Assembly (NCBI GenBank): GCA_013115125.1
Contig: JABANN010000105.1
Location: forward strand, 51,831-71,830
DNA from: Perkinsus olseni
Lineage: Eukaryota
Direction of reading: 5' to 3'
Length of the DNA: 20,000 bases
Shown: positions 1 through 10,244 of the stretch, piece by piece
Layout: each line of letters opens with the position of its first letter
How positions within the stretch are numbered: position 1 is the first letter of the stretch
Position numbers and translations under genes: made by a program
Notes under the pieces: model-generated
The model's database searches: none
Seen by the model: only the letters and a program-made list of their open reading frames with translations
What the model was told of the DNA's origin: nothing

Positions 1-1090
1 CACAGATGTTGATGATCTGGGAGCCCATGCACGCTGATGCCGCCATCGAGCCGTAGCCACGACTGGCAACAGTTATGGCATTCACTGTGTCGGGTATCTC
101 AGCCCCAATGGCGACCAATATGAGGCCGAAGTAGCCCATGCTGGACGGCTGGCCAAGTAGCGTCACCCAACGGTCTACCACCGTCCCGAGCACGAAGGAT
201 GCTACGGTGATCCACAGGAATGCAGCCACGAAGGTTATGGGGTAGAGGTCCTCTCGAGGCTGGTATATTCGACAGTCAGGACAGGTCGCGTCCACGGCCC
301 GCTTCAAAGGGGCCATCAGTGCTACCACCACGGTCTTCGGAGAGGGTACGCGCTTCTTACGTGGACGATTGCCCTGCTGCTGTTGAAGCAAGGGCTGCGT
401 CCGTTGGGAGTCGTACCGCTCACGGAAGATCGAAGTGGACTCCTTCGCAAAGAGCTCTCTGGGGTTGGTGCCGTGACTGAGCTTCCATTGCTTGTACCAA
501 GCATTGACCTTCCGTGCATAGCATAGGACCAGCACGTAGACAACGTAGGTGAGAAGCTCGAAGGCGGCCAGTGCCAGGTCAACCCCTCTTCTCAGTGCCC
601 ACATTAATATGCCCAAGGCAATCATATAAAAGCAAATGTCCCGGGCGAGGGGACGGCGCTTGAGAGCGAGGGGCCTTCCATCTACCATTACGAGTGTGCA
701 CATGGCGGGGATGGCCAGGAAGGCGATGAGGCCGCTGCCAAGAATCGCTCCAACGCCCAGCTCTGCTTCTGTTACATCTTCAGGGTGGTCTGTTCGAGAC
801 TGTTTGAGTAGGGACCTGACGGTCGCCACGGAGTTGACGGTGATTTCCGGCACCGCTCCGCCTAGGGCCATGAAGGTGGCACCTCCGACATCCTCAGGAA
901 CATCCCAGTGATCGCAAAGTGTCTCCATCGAGTTGCATAGATGGTCAGCGGCAAAGGACAGGATACCAAAACAGTAGAGGAGGATGACCAGTTCGAGCAC
1001 TATGCCGTACCAAGCATGGTCCACGCTGTCCAGACACATGCTCTCCTCGAAGTGTGATAGGGTACATGCTGCTCTGCCTTCATTAAACAT
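1..1090 (-). CDS. Ca2+/cation antiporter (CaCA superfamily, NCKX/SLC24-like), intronless, 3' end beyond window
   Basis: Manual minus-strand translation is open from ATG 1090 to base 1, so it is absent from the ORF track (no stop). It reads MFNEGRAAC...VLELVILLYCFGILSFAADHLCNSMETLCDHWDVPEDVGGATFMALGGAVPEITVNSVAT...ELGVGAILGSGLIAF...PLARDICFY...YFGLILVAIGAEIPDTVNAITVASRGYGSMAASACMGSQIINIC. The alpha-1 and alpha-2 repeats match CaCA exchangers. The start could instead be the next in-frame Met (MCLDS). Confidence 0.9.
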   Translation of the reverse strand, partial: MFNEGRAACTLSHFEESMCLDSVDHAWYGIVLELVILLYCFGILSFAADHLCNSMETLCDHWDVPEDVGGATFMALGGAVPEITVNSVATVRSLLKQSRTDHPEDVTEAELGVGAILGSGLIAFLAIPAMCTLVMVDGRPLALKRRPLARDICFYMIALGILMWALRRGVDLALAAFELLTYVVYVLVLCYARKVNAWYKQWKLSHGTNPRELFAKESTSIFRERYDSQRTQPLLQQQQGNRPRKKRVPSPKTVVVALMAPLKRAVDATCPDCRIYQPREDLYPITFVAAFLWITVASFVLGTVVDRWVTLLGQPSSMGYFGLILVAIGAEIPDTVNAITVASRGYGSMAASACMGSQIINIC

Positions 1091-1250
1091 GCTCCAGCGT
1101 CCATGGCAGAAGGAATGACGGAATATGAGATTCTTGTGAACTTGCGAACACTTGCTTTTCCTTAACTTCAAGATACCTCTTGAGAGACATTGAAAATTGC
1201 CAACTCTGGTCATGCTGCTCTATCAGTCTTTCTTTTTATACCCATCATCT

Positions 1251-2336
1251 ATGTGTACTCCGCAGCACCTGAACGAAGCCTTGTTATTGGCCTGCAACAC
1301 TTACCACGAGCAGCTCCAGGATGAGCGTCGCCGGACTCGTGAGCTTGAGCAGCAGAATCACCAATTGAAGCGCCTCCTCACCGAGTACCATCTCGTTCAG
1401 TCAGAGGGCTATGGTGGGTCTTCCCGAGTGCTGCTGTCGTGCAAGCGTGTGATCTCTCAGATTCTTGCACTCCAGAACGACATAACAGTGCGCCATTATT
1501 GACGCCGCCGACCACTTCCGATACCACTCCAATCGTTGGAGGTGGCTATTGTCTTCCCGACCTTCTGAAGCAGCTAGATCAAGAAACCGAGGCATGCATC
1601 TTTATCGTGAGGAAGATCCATAAGCTGCGGTGAGTGCATCCTCCGGAAACATTTCTCCGACTGATCATTTCGCCAGGTTCCAGTCAGCGAGCATTTTGGA
1701 GCAGTACTTCTCTGGTTTCGGCGACGTGAAGAAGGTCCTACTACTGCCGTGGAGGCGCCAAAAATCCCTTGGCTCTCACCCTGGCAAGGCTCGGTAAGCA
1801 ACACGCATGCCACGCCCTTCGCAATTCGTCGTTGTCAGCCCTGCTTCGATGGGGTTCGTTGTAATGAAGTCGCCTCTGGCCGTATCGAATATTCTCGCGT
1901 TGCCACAGCACACTGTGGCCGGCTGGCCCATAAGCGTTCAAGTGTTCGAGCGGCAGGCGGATAAGTCCGGTGGGGGTAGGCGGCGACTGGTCGTTGCTGT
2001 TTGTACGTCGTCTGTTCAGATTCACGAAGGTCCAGTGTTACCTCCGATTTCCTCACTTACGAATGGTCTTCCCCAGCGAGCACTGCTGCTACTCCTGCTG
2101 TCGACCGCGCCTCTTTCATGCTCGAGAGTAGCAATCCCCTCGACGGAGATTGCTCGGCGGCGCTCTTCGCTGCCGAATCAGTGCTCAGAGGCCTGACAGA
2201 CGACCTTTCCGGTCCAGGCGGCTCTGACCGAGTGGCTGATTGCAAGGAATTCGTACCCTCAGTGGACGCTTCCTCGGCACTCCCCACCACTTTTATATCA
2301 CAACCGGTGAATCCGGACCATATGCCGCACTTATAA
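1251..2336 (+). CDS. 5-exon gene: N-terminal coiled coil, divergent RRM-like domain and Ser/Thr-rich tail (dinoflagellate/perkinsid-type RRM protein)
   Basis: GT-AG introns at 1414-1460, 1630-1676, 1794-1838 and 1970-2019 (47, 47, 45, 50 nt) join the ORF pieces in frame: ...ACIFIVRKIHKLR/FQSASILEQYFSGFGDVKKVLLLPW...AR/PASMGFVVMKSPLAVSNILALPQHTVAGWPISVQVFERQ. IFIVRKI and SMGFVVM are RNP2-like and RNP1-like strands. Confidence 0.8.
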
Positions 2337-3066
2337 TGCATATGTTATTTATAAGGGCTCCGATTACTGCAAAGTCAAGTAGTTGGTGTTCTCTCGTCGG
2401 TTCATATACGCGGCTGTAGCTGTGCATGTCATATCAAGGGGATGCCCCCGTGACTGTATAAACGTTTTTTTTGTTTACTGAGCGAATCTCGCTGTCATCG
2501 ATTTATCCCATATATCAAAATGCTCCCAACCGGGTTGGATCCCGGCGTCCATGGTCCTCAAGCATCGCACGCTTTCCTCTGCAGGGGAAGAAAGCGTTTC
2601 CACATTTTGTTTGTGTTGGGTTGGCTCAGTGGATACTACGTCTTTCTGCTACGATTAATTTCAGCCCCCGGGCGAGGTTTTGAAAGCTTGAGACAGACTC
2701 TACATATCCTATCCCTCATGGGTTCTCCTGTAGTAACTGCTCAACCCCATGGTCTCTTTACTAGACAAGTATTCTAGTCTGTCTCCTGATTGGGAAGCCC
2801 GGCAACAACTAAGGTAGACATAACTAATCTGGGCCACTTGGCCTGTCTCATGCCAGCACTTCAGTCTCTACCATACCAATAAACAATAAGTGATAATCAA
2901 GAAATACGTGGTCAAACAGAGCTTGAATGAAAAGATAGAAAATGACTTGTAAATGATGAGGCATCACAATATGCGGATAACGAAAGGAGATCTCCAGCTG
3001 AGCAAGACATGAGCTAGCATCCATCCATGTGACGAACTACTGACGAGGTTGTCCTGTCTCAGAAGG

Positions 3067-3468
3067 CTAAACCATCGGAGGGAATGGCAGGGGGAATACC
3101 GACAGAATAATCTGATGACCATGGTATAGTATAGTAAAGGTGTCGTCAGCGCGACAGTAGGGGATTTTCTTCCAGTCCTCGACATTGAGGTCGTACTTCT
3201 CCGCAAAAGCCTTGAAGTTTTCATCAGTTGTCTTCAGCTCCAATACAGATTCATCCGGGTTCACATTCCAAGGAATGTCACCGGTGACGTCAACTATGAG
3301 GGGGAAGTCATTGGGATTTATGATGAAGATATTGACGATGTTCGGGGGCTTGAACGACCACGTGCTCTTGAAGAATTCGTTGTCCGAGTTGAAGTATATC
3401 CTATTCGGCGGGAAGGCGGCCACCCTCTGAAGAATGGCGATCACCAACAGAATGAGGGAGCGACTCAT
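3067..3468 (-). CDS. Secreted family paralogue A (133 aa, signal peptide, function unknown)
   Basis: MSRSLILLVIAILQRVAA-FPPNRIYFNSDNEFFKS...TGDIPWNVNPD...LNVEDWKKIPY...DTFTILYHGH...PFPPMV*. Start chosen by alignment with five paralogues; the ORF-track N-terminal extension is not conserved. Confidence 0.85.
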   Translation of the reverse strand: MSRSLILLVIAILQRVAAFPPNRIYFNSDNEFFKSTWSFKPPNIVNIFIINPNDFPLIVDVTGDIPWNVNPDESVLELKTTDENFKAFAEKYDLNVEDWKKIPYCRADDTFTILYHGHQIILSVFPLPFPPMV

Positions 3469-4714
3469 GCGAAGTGGTACACTGCATAACGGTCTTATCA
3501 ACAACAAGCATCACTGCATCGGCAAAAACCCAACTCGAACTTCCCAGAACGCATAGACGGTATCTGGCAGATTTTATCTGCGGCTCTTCGTATGCGTGCT
3601 GGTGACAGGGAACGCCCTCGTCCCCAGCGAAAGTAGCGCATTCCATGCTTCAAATCTGCAGATTCGAGGATTCTGATCGATCGTCCCCCAAGCATGTGCC
3701 TCCCGCGAGACTCTGGGACGGGGCGGCAGTTTCGCTACTGCAGAGGGCATGACTTACATGATCGAGGGGGTTGACCCCTTTCGCTGTGTCCGGCGAAAGC
3801 TGTCTACCAAGGATACAGCGAAGCTAGAAGCATGGGCTTGATGGTCTGGGGCGCATCGGCCTTCTAGTTTTCTGAATTGCGAGTATCCTGAGGACTCGGA
3901 AGTTTCGAGGATCAGCTTTTCGTAACCTTGTTTTCGAACTGAGGGAAGGGGTTCCACACTGCGATGGCTAATGCGTCGCGCCCTTCTCGCTCGACAGGCG
4001 CACAGTGGCGCTGCCCAGGGGATTCCCCTGAGGGGAATGCTAAACGCCCTGTTCCTGGTTCGTCGAACGAAGGCGGGTTCATTACGCCGCCTGAACTCCA
4101 GGAAGCTCTTGTTGAACTACCTCGAGTCGCAATTGAATCGAGTGTGATAACTGGATCGCCACGGGGTCGTTATCAAATTCGCTACTCGTTTTCGCGTCGC
4201 CTAGCTAGCCACGAGAGATTCCGCGCGAGTGGTGATACGGTATGATGTCTGATCGCCACCCTTGGAATGCACATGGTATGATGAGACCTCAGCATCGGAG
4301 CCTTCGACAGCCTCGCATCCCGAAAAGGCCTCTCGCATTTGCTGAACCTAATCGGAACAGACAGTCTTTCAGATGTATGCGTGGATTGGAGTCACCCGAT
4401 GGGGCTCCATTCGAGTGAAATTACGGCGAAAGGGACTGCACTAGCCTCGCAGCCGGGGCTCGCGGAGGAGTGAGAGGTTCTCAAACTCGAAGGACATATT
4501 CCACTACTCCGAAACTGCTCCAGCAGTGCCAACGCAAGCACACGTCGCTCAACCCGGCTCGATTCGAGCTCTCGAGGTATGGTGTGAGCAAAAAATGGTA
4601 GCAGAGAAAGAATCTAAATACCTCTGCTTCTTGCTTATATTTTTCCGAGTAGACATTAATCTCGTCCGGAGTGCGGACAGGCTGCCCGGGACAACCTCGC
4701 TCGTCTGCTTGAGG
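3469..4714. repeat. Duplicated intergenic spacer, copy 1 (between A and B)
   Basis: Colinear with 5117-7018. Shared strings include acggtatct, tcttcgtatgcg, ccaagcatgtgcctccc, ggttccacactgcgatggct, gtctgatcgccacc and gcggggctcgcggaggagt-like. Confidence 0.85.
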
Positions 4715-5116
4715 TTACCGCGACGGAATTGGCCCGGTATATGGCGCAAGAACGATAAGATGACCATGGAATCGTATAGTGAAGGTGTTGTCATCAACAT
4801 TGAAGGGGATGTTCTTCCAGTCCTCGACATTGAGGTGGTACTTCTCCACGAAAGCCTTGAAGCTTATATCAGTTGTCTTCAGCTCCAGTACATACTCATC
4901 GGGGCTCACATTCCAGGGAATGTTACCCGTGGTGTCGGTTACGCAAGGGAAGCGCTTGCAATATATAATAATGAAGATATTGACAACATTCGGGGGCCCG
5001 AAAGACCACACGCTCTTGAAGAACTCATTGTCCACGTTCAAGTATGTCTTATTCGGGGGAAAGGCGGCCACCCTCCGAAGAGCGGCGATCACCAATAGAA
5101 TGAGGAAGCGAGACAT
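4715..5116 (-). CDS. Secreted family paralogue B (133 aa)
   Basis: MSRFLILLVIAALRRVAA-FPPNKTYLNVDNEFFKSVW...LNVEDWKNIPF...NTFTIRFHGH. Closely similar to A. Confidence 0.85.
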   Translation of the reverse strand: MSRFLILLVIAALRRVAAFPPNKTYLNVDNEFFKSVWSFGPPNVVNIFIIIYCKRFPCVTDTTGNIPWNVSPDEYVLELKTTDISFKAFVEKYHLNVEDWKNIPFNVDDNTFTIRFHGHLIVLAPYTGPIPSR

Positions 5117-7018
5117 ACGAAGGGGTACACTGCATTGCGGCTTGATCAACGAGCAAGCATTTCTGGGGGTGGTCAATAGACCTCCCCTGAATTCCAGAAG
5201 CGCTCCCAGGATTGAATTTAACGTGCGGAAGACGATTCTGGGAGCACTCCTGAATCCAGGTCTATTGAACACCCGGACTGCATCAGCAAAATACCCAACT
5301 TGAGCCCCCCAGCACGCTTGAACGGTATCTGCAGATCTTCGTATGCGCCTTCTGGCCCCGTCGAGAGCAGCAGATTCCATACTCCGAACCTGCAGGTTCG
5401 AGACTTCTGATAGATTTTCCTCCAAGCATGTGCCTCCCACGAGGTCGTGGATCTGGGCGACGGTCTTGCTATCACTGCAATAGTATTGCAGAGAGCATGA
5501 CTTGTTTGGCCGAATGAGTTGATTCTTCTCTTTGTGTCTGGCAGAAACTGTCTACCGTGGGTACAGCGGCGCTACCAGCTAGAATCACGGACGGCTTGAT
5601 GGTTCATGACGCATAGGGCTTCTCATTTTCGGAGTGCGAGTATCTTGACGACTCGCAAGTTGCGAGGTTCAACTTCCTATAATTTCGTTTTCGAACTGCC
5701 GGGAGTGGTTCGGAACCACTGGTTCCACACTGCGATGGCTGTCGGGTCGCGCCCCTCTTGGAGTAGCGCTGTCCAGGGGAATGCTGCACGCCCTGTTTCT
5801 GGCTCTTTGAACGAAGCCGAGTTCATTAGTGATGCTTCGGAAACTTTCCGTGGTTTCGGGAGTACTTTCCATACACCCTGGATTCATTACGCCGCTGAAC
5901 TCGAGGGAGCTTCCCTAGAGCTACCGGACGTCGGAATCGAATCGCGTTTATCTCAGGCGTCTCTGCGGAGGAGAGAAGTCATTCCGGCAGTTAGTGCTAT
6001 TGTATTTTGCAGAGCTATTACCCCTGCACACCGCTTCCGATGCGGCTTGAGTACCTCTTCGGAGTGTGGCTGCGGCGCGCCGGTTAGAGATTTCCGTCGC
6101 GACCTGCTGTCGTGTGCGTTCTTGATACCTGCGCGGGAGGCGGTGGCTGGGGGAGTGCCCTACCATCTCTATGAGATGGCGACGGATCTGACGCGTCGCA
6201 GGTCATTCAATCGTCCTTCAAAACTCTCTAAAAACCTCAGAAGACCGCTGTTGTGTAGAATTGGCGCGACATACAACACGGTGTATGAGGAGATCTTCCA
6301 TCACCAGGCGTCTAACTCGGCAAGAGTCTAACGAAGCCGGACCCGGCGTTGGACTATGAACTCACACACACCAGCCGTGGCGGCTGGTGTGACCGCTCGT
6401 GACGGCCGTCGGAATCGAAATGCTTATGATAAGTGGATCGTCATTGGCTCGCTATCAACTTCGCTACGCATGGCCGCGAGCCCACCGCTGCTTGATAGCC
6501 TAAGCTATGCGCAGCTCTCCTCTTGAGGCAGAGGTGAGCGTCGCGCTACGATATTAAGTCTGATCGCCACCTCGGAAGGCGCATGGTCTAAAGGGAATTC
6601 AGTCGAAGTCCTCGAAAGTCTCGCATCCCGAAGAGGCCACTCGCTCTAGCAAAACCTGGTCGAAACAGACATCGTCTTTCATATAGAGAGTGCGTAGGAT
6701 AGAGTCACTCGATCGGGTTCCATTCGAGTGTAGTTTTCATACCGCGAGGGGAACTCCACTAGCCTCGCAAGCGGGGCTCGCGGAGGAGTCAAGGCTTATA
6801 AACCTCGAATAACATACTCAGCTGATCCGCAATTGCTACAGCACTGCCAACGCAAGCACACATCGCTCAACTGGGCTCGATTGGACTTCTCGAAATATGG
6901 TGCGAGCAAAAAAGGGTAGCATACAATGAATCTGAATACCCCGGCTTCTTGCTGATGTTCTTCCCAGTGGGCGTTCGTCTCGTCGGGAGTACTCACGGCC
7001 TCGTTCATCTCTACGGGG
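5117..7018. repeat. Duplicated intergenic spacer, copy 2 (between B and C), with extra segments
   Basis: 5117-5945 matches 3469-4140 and 6557-7018 matches 4245-4714. The part adjacent to the stop codon recurs at ~8875-9099, next to D. Confidence 0.85.
5161..5277. mobile_element. ~116-bp imperfect inverted-repeat (MITE-like) insertion
   Basis: Absent from the paralogous spacer (caagcat|c|actgcatc near 3505-3520). Arms gggtggtcaatagacct...gctcccaggattg and cgattctgggagc...aggtctattgaacaccc are reverse complements with few mismatches. No clear TSD. Confidence 0.55.
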
Positions 7019-7414
7019 CTACGGCGGAAAGGGTTCGGTAGACGGCCTGAGATCGATTTGTTCACCATGGTATGGTATAGTAAAGGTATCGTCGAAGGGG
7101 TTGTAGGGGATGTTCTCCCAGTCCTCGACCTTGAGGTCGAACTTCTTCGCGAAAGCTTTGAAGTTCTCATCAGATGTGTCGAGGTTCAACAGAATTCCGC
7201 AATGGTCCACCTTCCAAGGAATGGGGCCGCAGGAGTAGATTGGGAACGGGAATCGACTTTCTGGGGTGATCGTGAACGTGGCGATAGTACCATCAGAAAA
7301 GAAGTACCACGCAGTCCTGAACTCACGGGCCTTGCTGACGTATAGCTTATTGGGGGGAAAGGCCGCCACCTCATACAAGAAGGCCAGCAGCAACGAAGTG
7401 ACAAGGTGACACAT
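7019..7414 (-). CDS. Secreted family paralogue C (131 aa)
   Basis: MCHLVTSLLLAFLYEVAA-FPPNKLYVSKAREFRTAWYF...LKVEDWENIPY...DTFTIPYHGE...EPFPP*. Confidence 0.85.
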   Translation of the reverse strand: MCHLVTSLLLAFLYEVAAFPPNKLYVSKAREFRTAWYFFSDGTIATFTITPESRFPFPIYSCGPIPWKVDHCGILLNLDTSDENFKAFAKKFDLKVEDWENIPYNPFDDTFTIPYHGEQIDLRPSTEPFPP

Positions 7415-9099
7415 ACGAAGTGGTACACTGCAGGGCCACAGAGACGATAGACTCAAATTAGTGTGGGTTCTCATCAAGATACTCGACAGGAAATGAGGTC
7501 TTCACGCACAGTCACAGTCAATACATTACAGACAGTTGCACATTGCATTGCTGCACGCGATGTGTGTTCCTAATAATTCGGGGCCTGGTGTCCCTTTTTT
7601 AGCATCGCTGCACGTTGTCCCACTCATTGTCTCCTGATGCTCCCCCTGTCAATGTCTCTTTTTGCTGCAACGGATATCGTGGTTTACAAGTCGTGACCTT
7701 TCTTACCTCTAAGCTAGCCTTCTTTCACCGTTTTTATCGCTGGTTCACCCAGCGGTACCCAGCGGTACCCAGCATTATCCAGATGGTAATGATATTCAGC
7801 GTTTTTGATTGATGCGCAAATGTGGCGCACAGGTCCACGCGTGCGAGTTGGCCCATAAAATGTGACGCGATCGATCACTGTGTAGGAGAAAATCGGCCTG
7901 ACTTGAGCGTTCGTTCCTTTCTTTGCCTCGCACCTTTACAATTGTCCAGTTGAACATTGATAATACTCATCATGCGTAGGCCACGCAGTGTGGCTTCGCA
8001 CTACGCTCGCCAATAGTTACGCTAGAAGTCCTAGCCTAGCACTAGCTTCGTAGGGAATGCATAGCGTTATTGGCGTGACGTCGAGTTCAGCGACGGCCTA
8101 AGGTGCTGCATACTGCCTATAGCGCCGACCTTCTCAGGAGGTCCTTGTGTCCAGTTGCCCGCTTCGAGTGGCAACTCACTGCTGTGTACATTACGTGCGG
8201 TTAGCCTTCCTTTCCACGGACTTTTTCCTAAGTCTCCTAGTAGTGAGGCGGACTGGTGCACTCCCGATGGTAGCGCAAATCGTGTTCTGGAGCCAAAAAG
8301 ACTCCAGTCCCAATTGGTGACTGCGAAGAAGAGGCGTTTTTCGTTGATCGAAGGATCCGGACGCCTTCGACCGGCACGGCATTTTCCAGCGCGGGACATG
8401 AGTTAGTCCACGACATGCATCATCACCGAGGGCGTCTTTCACAGCGGAATAGCATTAGCGAAATGGTCAGCGATGCAGGCTTCGATGGCCGCGCAAGTGA
8501 CCTCGGAATCGCTGGTCAACATGGCATGAATGGACCTTGAAAACCGTAATCGGTGGAACTACGATGATGAGAAACGCCTGAACTTCGATGACTCTAGGAA
8601 GTCCAGGGAGTACTGAGTCTTGGTAGACCGTGGCTTGTATTTCAATGTTGAACGATAGTTCGGTTGAAGTTTGCAGAGTGACTAACAAAGTGTGAATCCC
8701 GAGGAGTGGCCGCGGCTACGGTAGCGGCCACCCCCAATTAGCTGACTCGGCGCTAATGGACATTGAGTCTGGCAATCTAAGTGATATTCTAGAGAGTTGT
8801 GATCGGCAAATTCTCTTCACGGTGACGAGAATTTGTTTTTGTGGGTGACGGCGTCACTTATGTAAGGAGAGAGGCTATAAAGGGTTTGAAACTGCTCCGG
8901 TGCCCCAACACTATTAAACCAAGCACACATCGCTCGACTCAACTCGAGTTGACTTAACCAGTTATGTGCTGAGCTGCTCAGCCTGAGCAAAAAAGGATAG
9001 CGTATGATGAATCTAGATAACCCTGCTTCTCGTTGTTGTTGACCGGATTCCATATCCTTCTCATCGGGAGTACTGACGGCCTCGGTTGTCTACATGAGG

Positions 9100-9496
9100 T
9101 TACGGTGGAAAGGGCTCAGCAGATGGCCTAAGAACGATATGACGACCATGGTATAGTATAGTAAAGGTATTTTCAAAGGGGTCGTAGGGGATGTTCTCCC
9201 AGTCCTCGACCTTGAGATCGAACTTGCTCGCGAAAGCTGTGAAGTTCTTATTAGATGTGTCGAGGTGCAACAGGAGTCCGCAATGGTCCGCCTTCCAAGG
9301 AATGATACCGCTAAAGTAAAATTGGGAATGGCCATCGACTTTCCGGGGTGACCGTCAACGCGTCGAGAATACCATCAGGACTGAAGTACCACGCAGTTCT
9401 GAACTCAGGGGCCTTGCTGACGTAGAGCTTACTCGGGGGAAAGGCCGCCACCTCATGCAGGAAGGCCAGCAGCCACGGGGTGATAAGGTGGCACAT
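9100..9496 (-). pseudogene. Secreted family paralogue D, +1 frameshift (pseudogene or homopolymer error)
   Basis: 397 nt versus 396 nt for C. Removing one base of the A4 run at 9318-9321 restores ...PFPIYFSGIIPWKADHCGLLLHLDTSNKNFTAFASKFDLKVEDWENIPYDPFENTFTILYHGRHIVLRPSAEPFPP*, colinear with C. Confidence 0.8.
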
Positions 9497-9899
9497 ACGA
9501 AGCGGTACACTGCAGAGCCACAGAGACGATTAACTCATTCTAGCCCCAGGACTGACTCAATTCCACGCAATCATCGCGGCGACTCCTTGCATCCCTGAGT
9601 TGTACTCAGCGGACGTAGGCTACGCAGCGTAGCTATTTACTAGCTTTCCGCTAGCCTCGTCATGATCATTCTTGTGCGCGTACCGTGGTGGACGTGGAGC
9701 CACGCGATTCTCGTCACCACAGGACAGAGAGAAGCCGCCGTCAACTTGCACCACCCGACCATTTTTTCTGAACATTAATGTCGATTCCGGACGAGCGGAC
9801 CCGAAAAAATCTGATTACACAAAAAACTGATTATGCTGTGTACCAGCAGCAAATAAGTGCGTAAGACGTTGGTTCTTTCTTGGTTGATAATGTTTCTCG

Positions 9900-10080
9900 A
9901 ATATTGAAGTATAGGGGAGAATGTCACATCACCATATCCATCGGTATCCTTACGCAGACCATTCTTCTTGGCATCCAAGTCGGCCCTTCCAGTTGACCTC
10001 GTCGAGCCCTGCGACGACGGCGGAAACTCAGGCCCTGATGGCCTTTTTACTATGCTCAACACAACACCACTGCGTGGCTT
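9900..10080 (-). pseudogene. Decayed partial copy of the 254-aa gene
   Basis: EFPP...TGRADLDAKKNG...TDGYG aligns with QFAP...TGRANLDAEQDG...TDVYR. At the DNA level ggcatccaagtcggcccttccagt (~9970) matches ggcatccaagtttgcccggcctgt (~10614). Boundaries approximate. Confidence 0.5.
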
Positions 10081-10244
10081 GAGAGGCAGAGCTTTATTTT
10101 CTCAAACCTCAACGAAACAGTTTTGACGAATGGATTCTCTGGGTGAGCCAGGGGAACGTGACAATGAAGCCGAATACTACAGTGCGAAGTAACTCAGCCG
10201 GGGTCGCACTGTTGAGTACTCACTGACTACTACTTGGGTATAGA

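Noticed and set aside
4526-5303. Plus-strand ORFs of 190 and 174 aa (also 3185-3430, 7058-7345, 12698-13147, 15331-15558)
   Set aside because: Antisense shadows of the secreted paralogues, with unconserved starts and stops.
5117-5440. N-terminal extensions of the family ORFs in the ORF track (also 3469-3507, 7415-7477, 15595-15750)
   Set aside because: They are not conserved upstream of the shared CAG and would bury the signal peptide.
5606-6331. 241-aa plus-strand ORF
   Set aside because: It lies in the duplicated spacer, the homologous copy (~3840-4245) does not keep the frame, and it has no recognisable motifs.
7747-7772. Short tandem repeat (ACCCAGCGGT about 2.7 times)
   Set aside because: Simple slippage duplication with no spacers; not CRISPR-like.
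8060-8690. Overlapping short ORFs between C and D, possible gag-like relic
   Set aside because: No diagnostic motif and multiple stops, so no call can be supported.
8706-8731. GC-rich hairpin (gtggccgc...gcggccac) as a terminator or Helitron end
   Set aside because: Eukaryotic context, no U-tract and no appropriately placed CTRR terminus.
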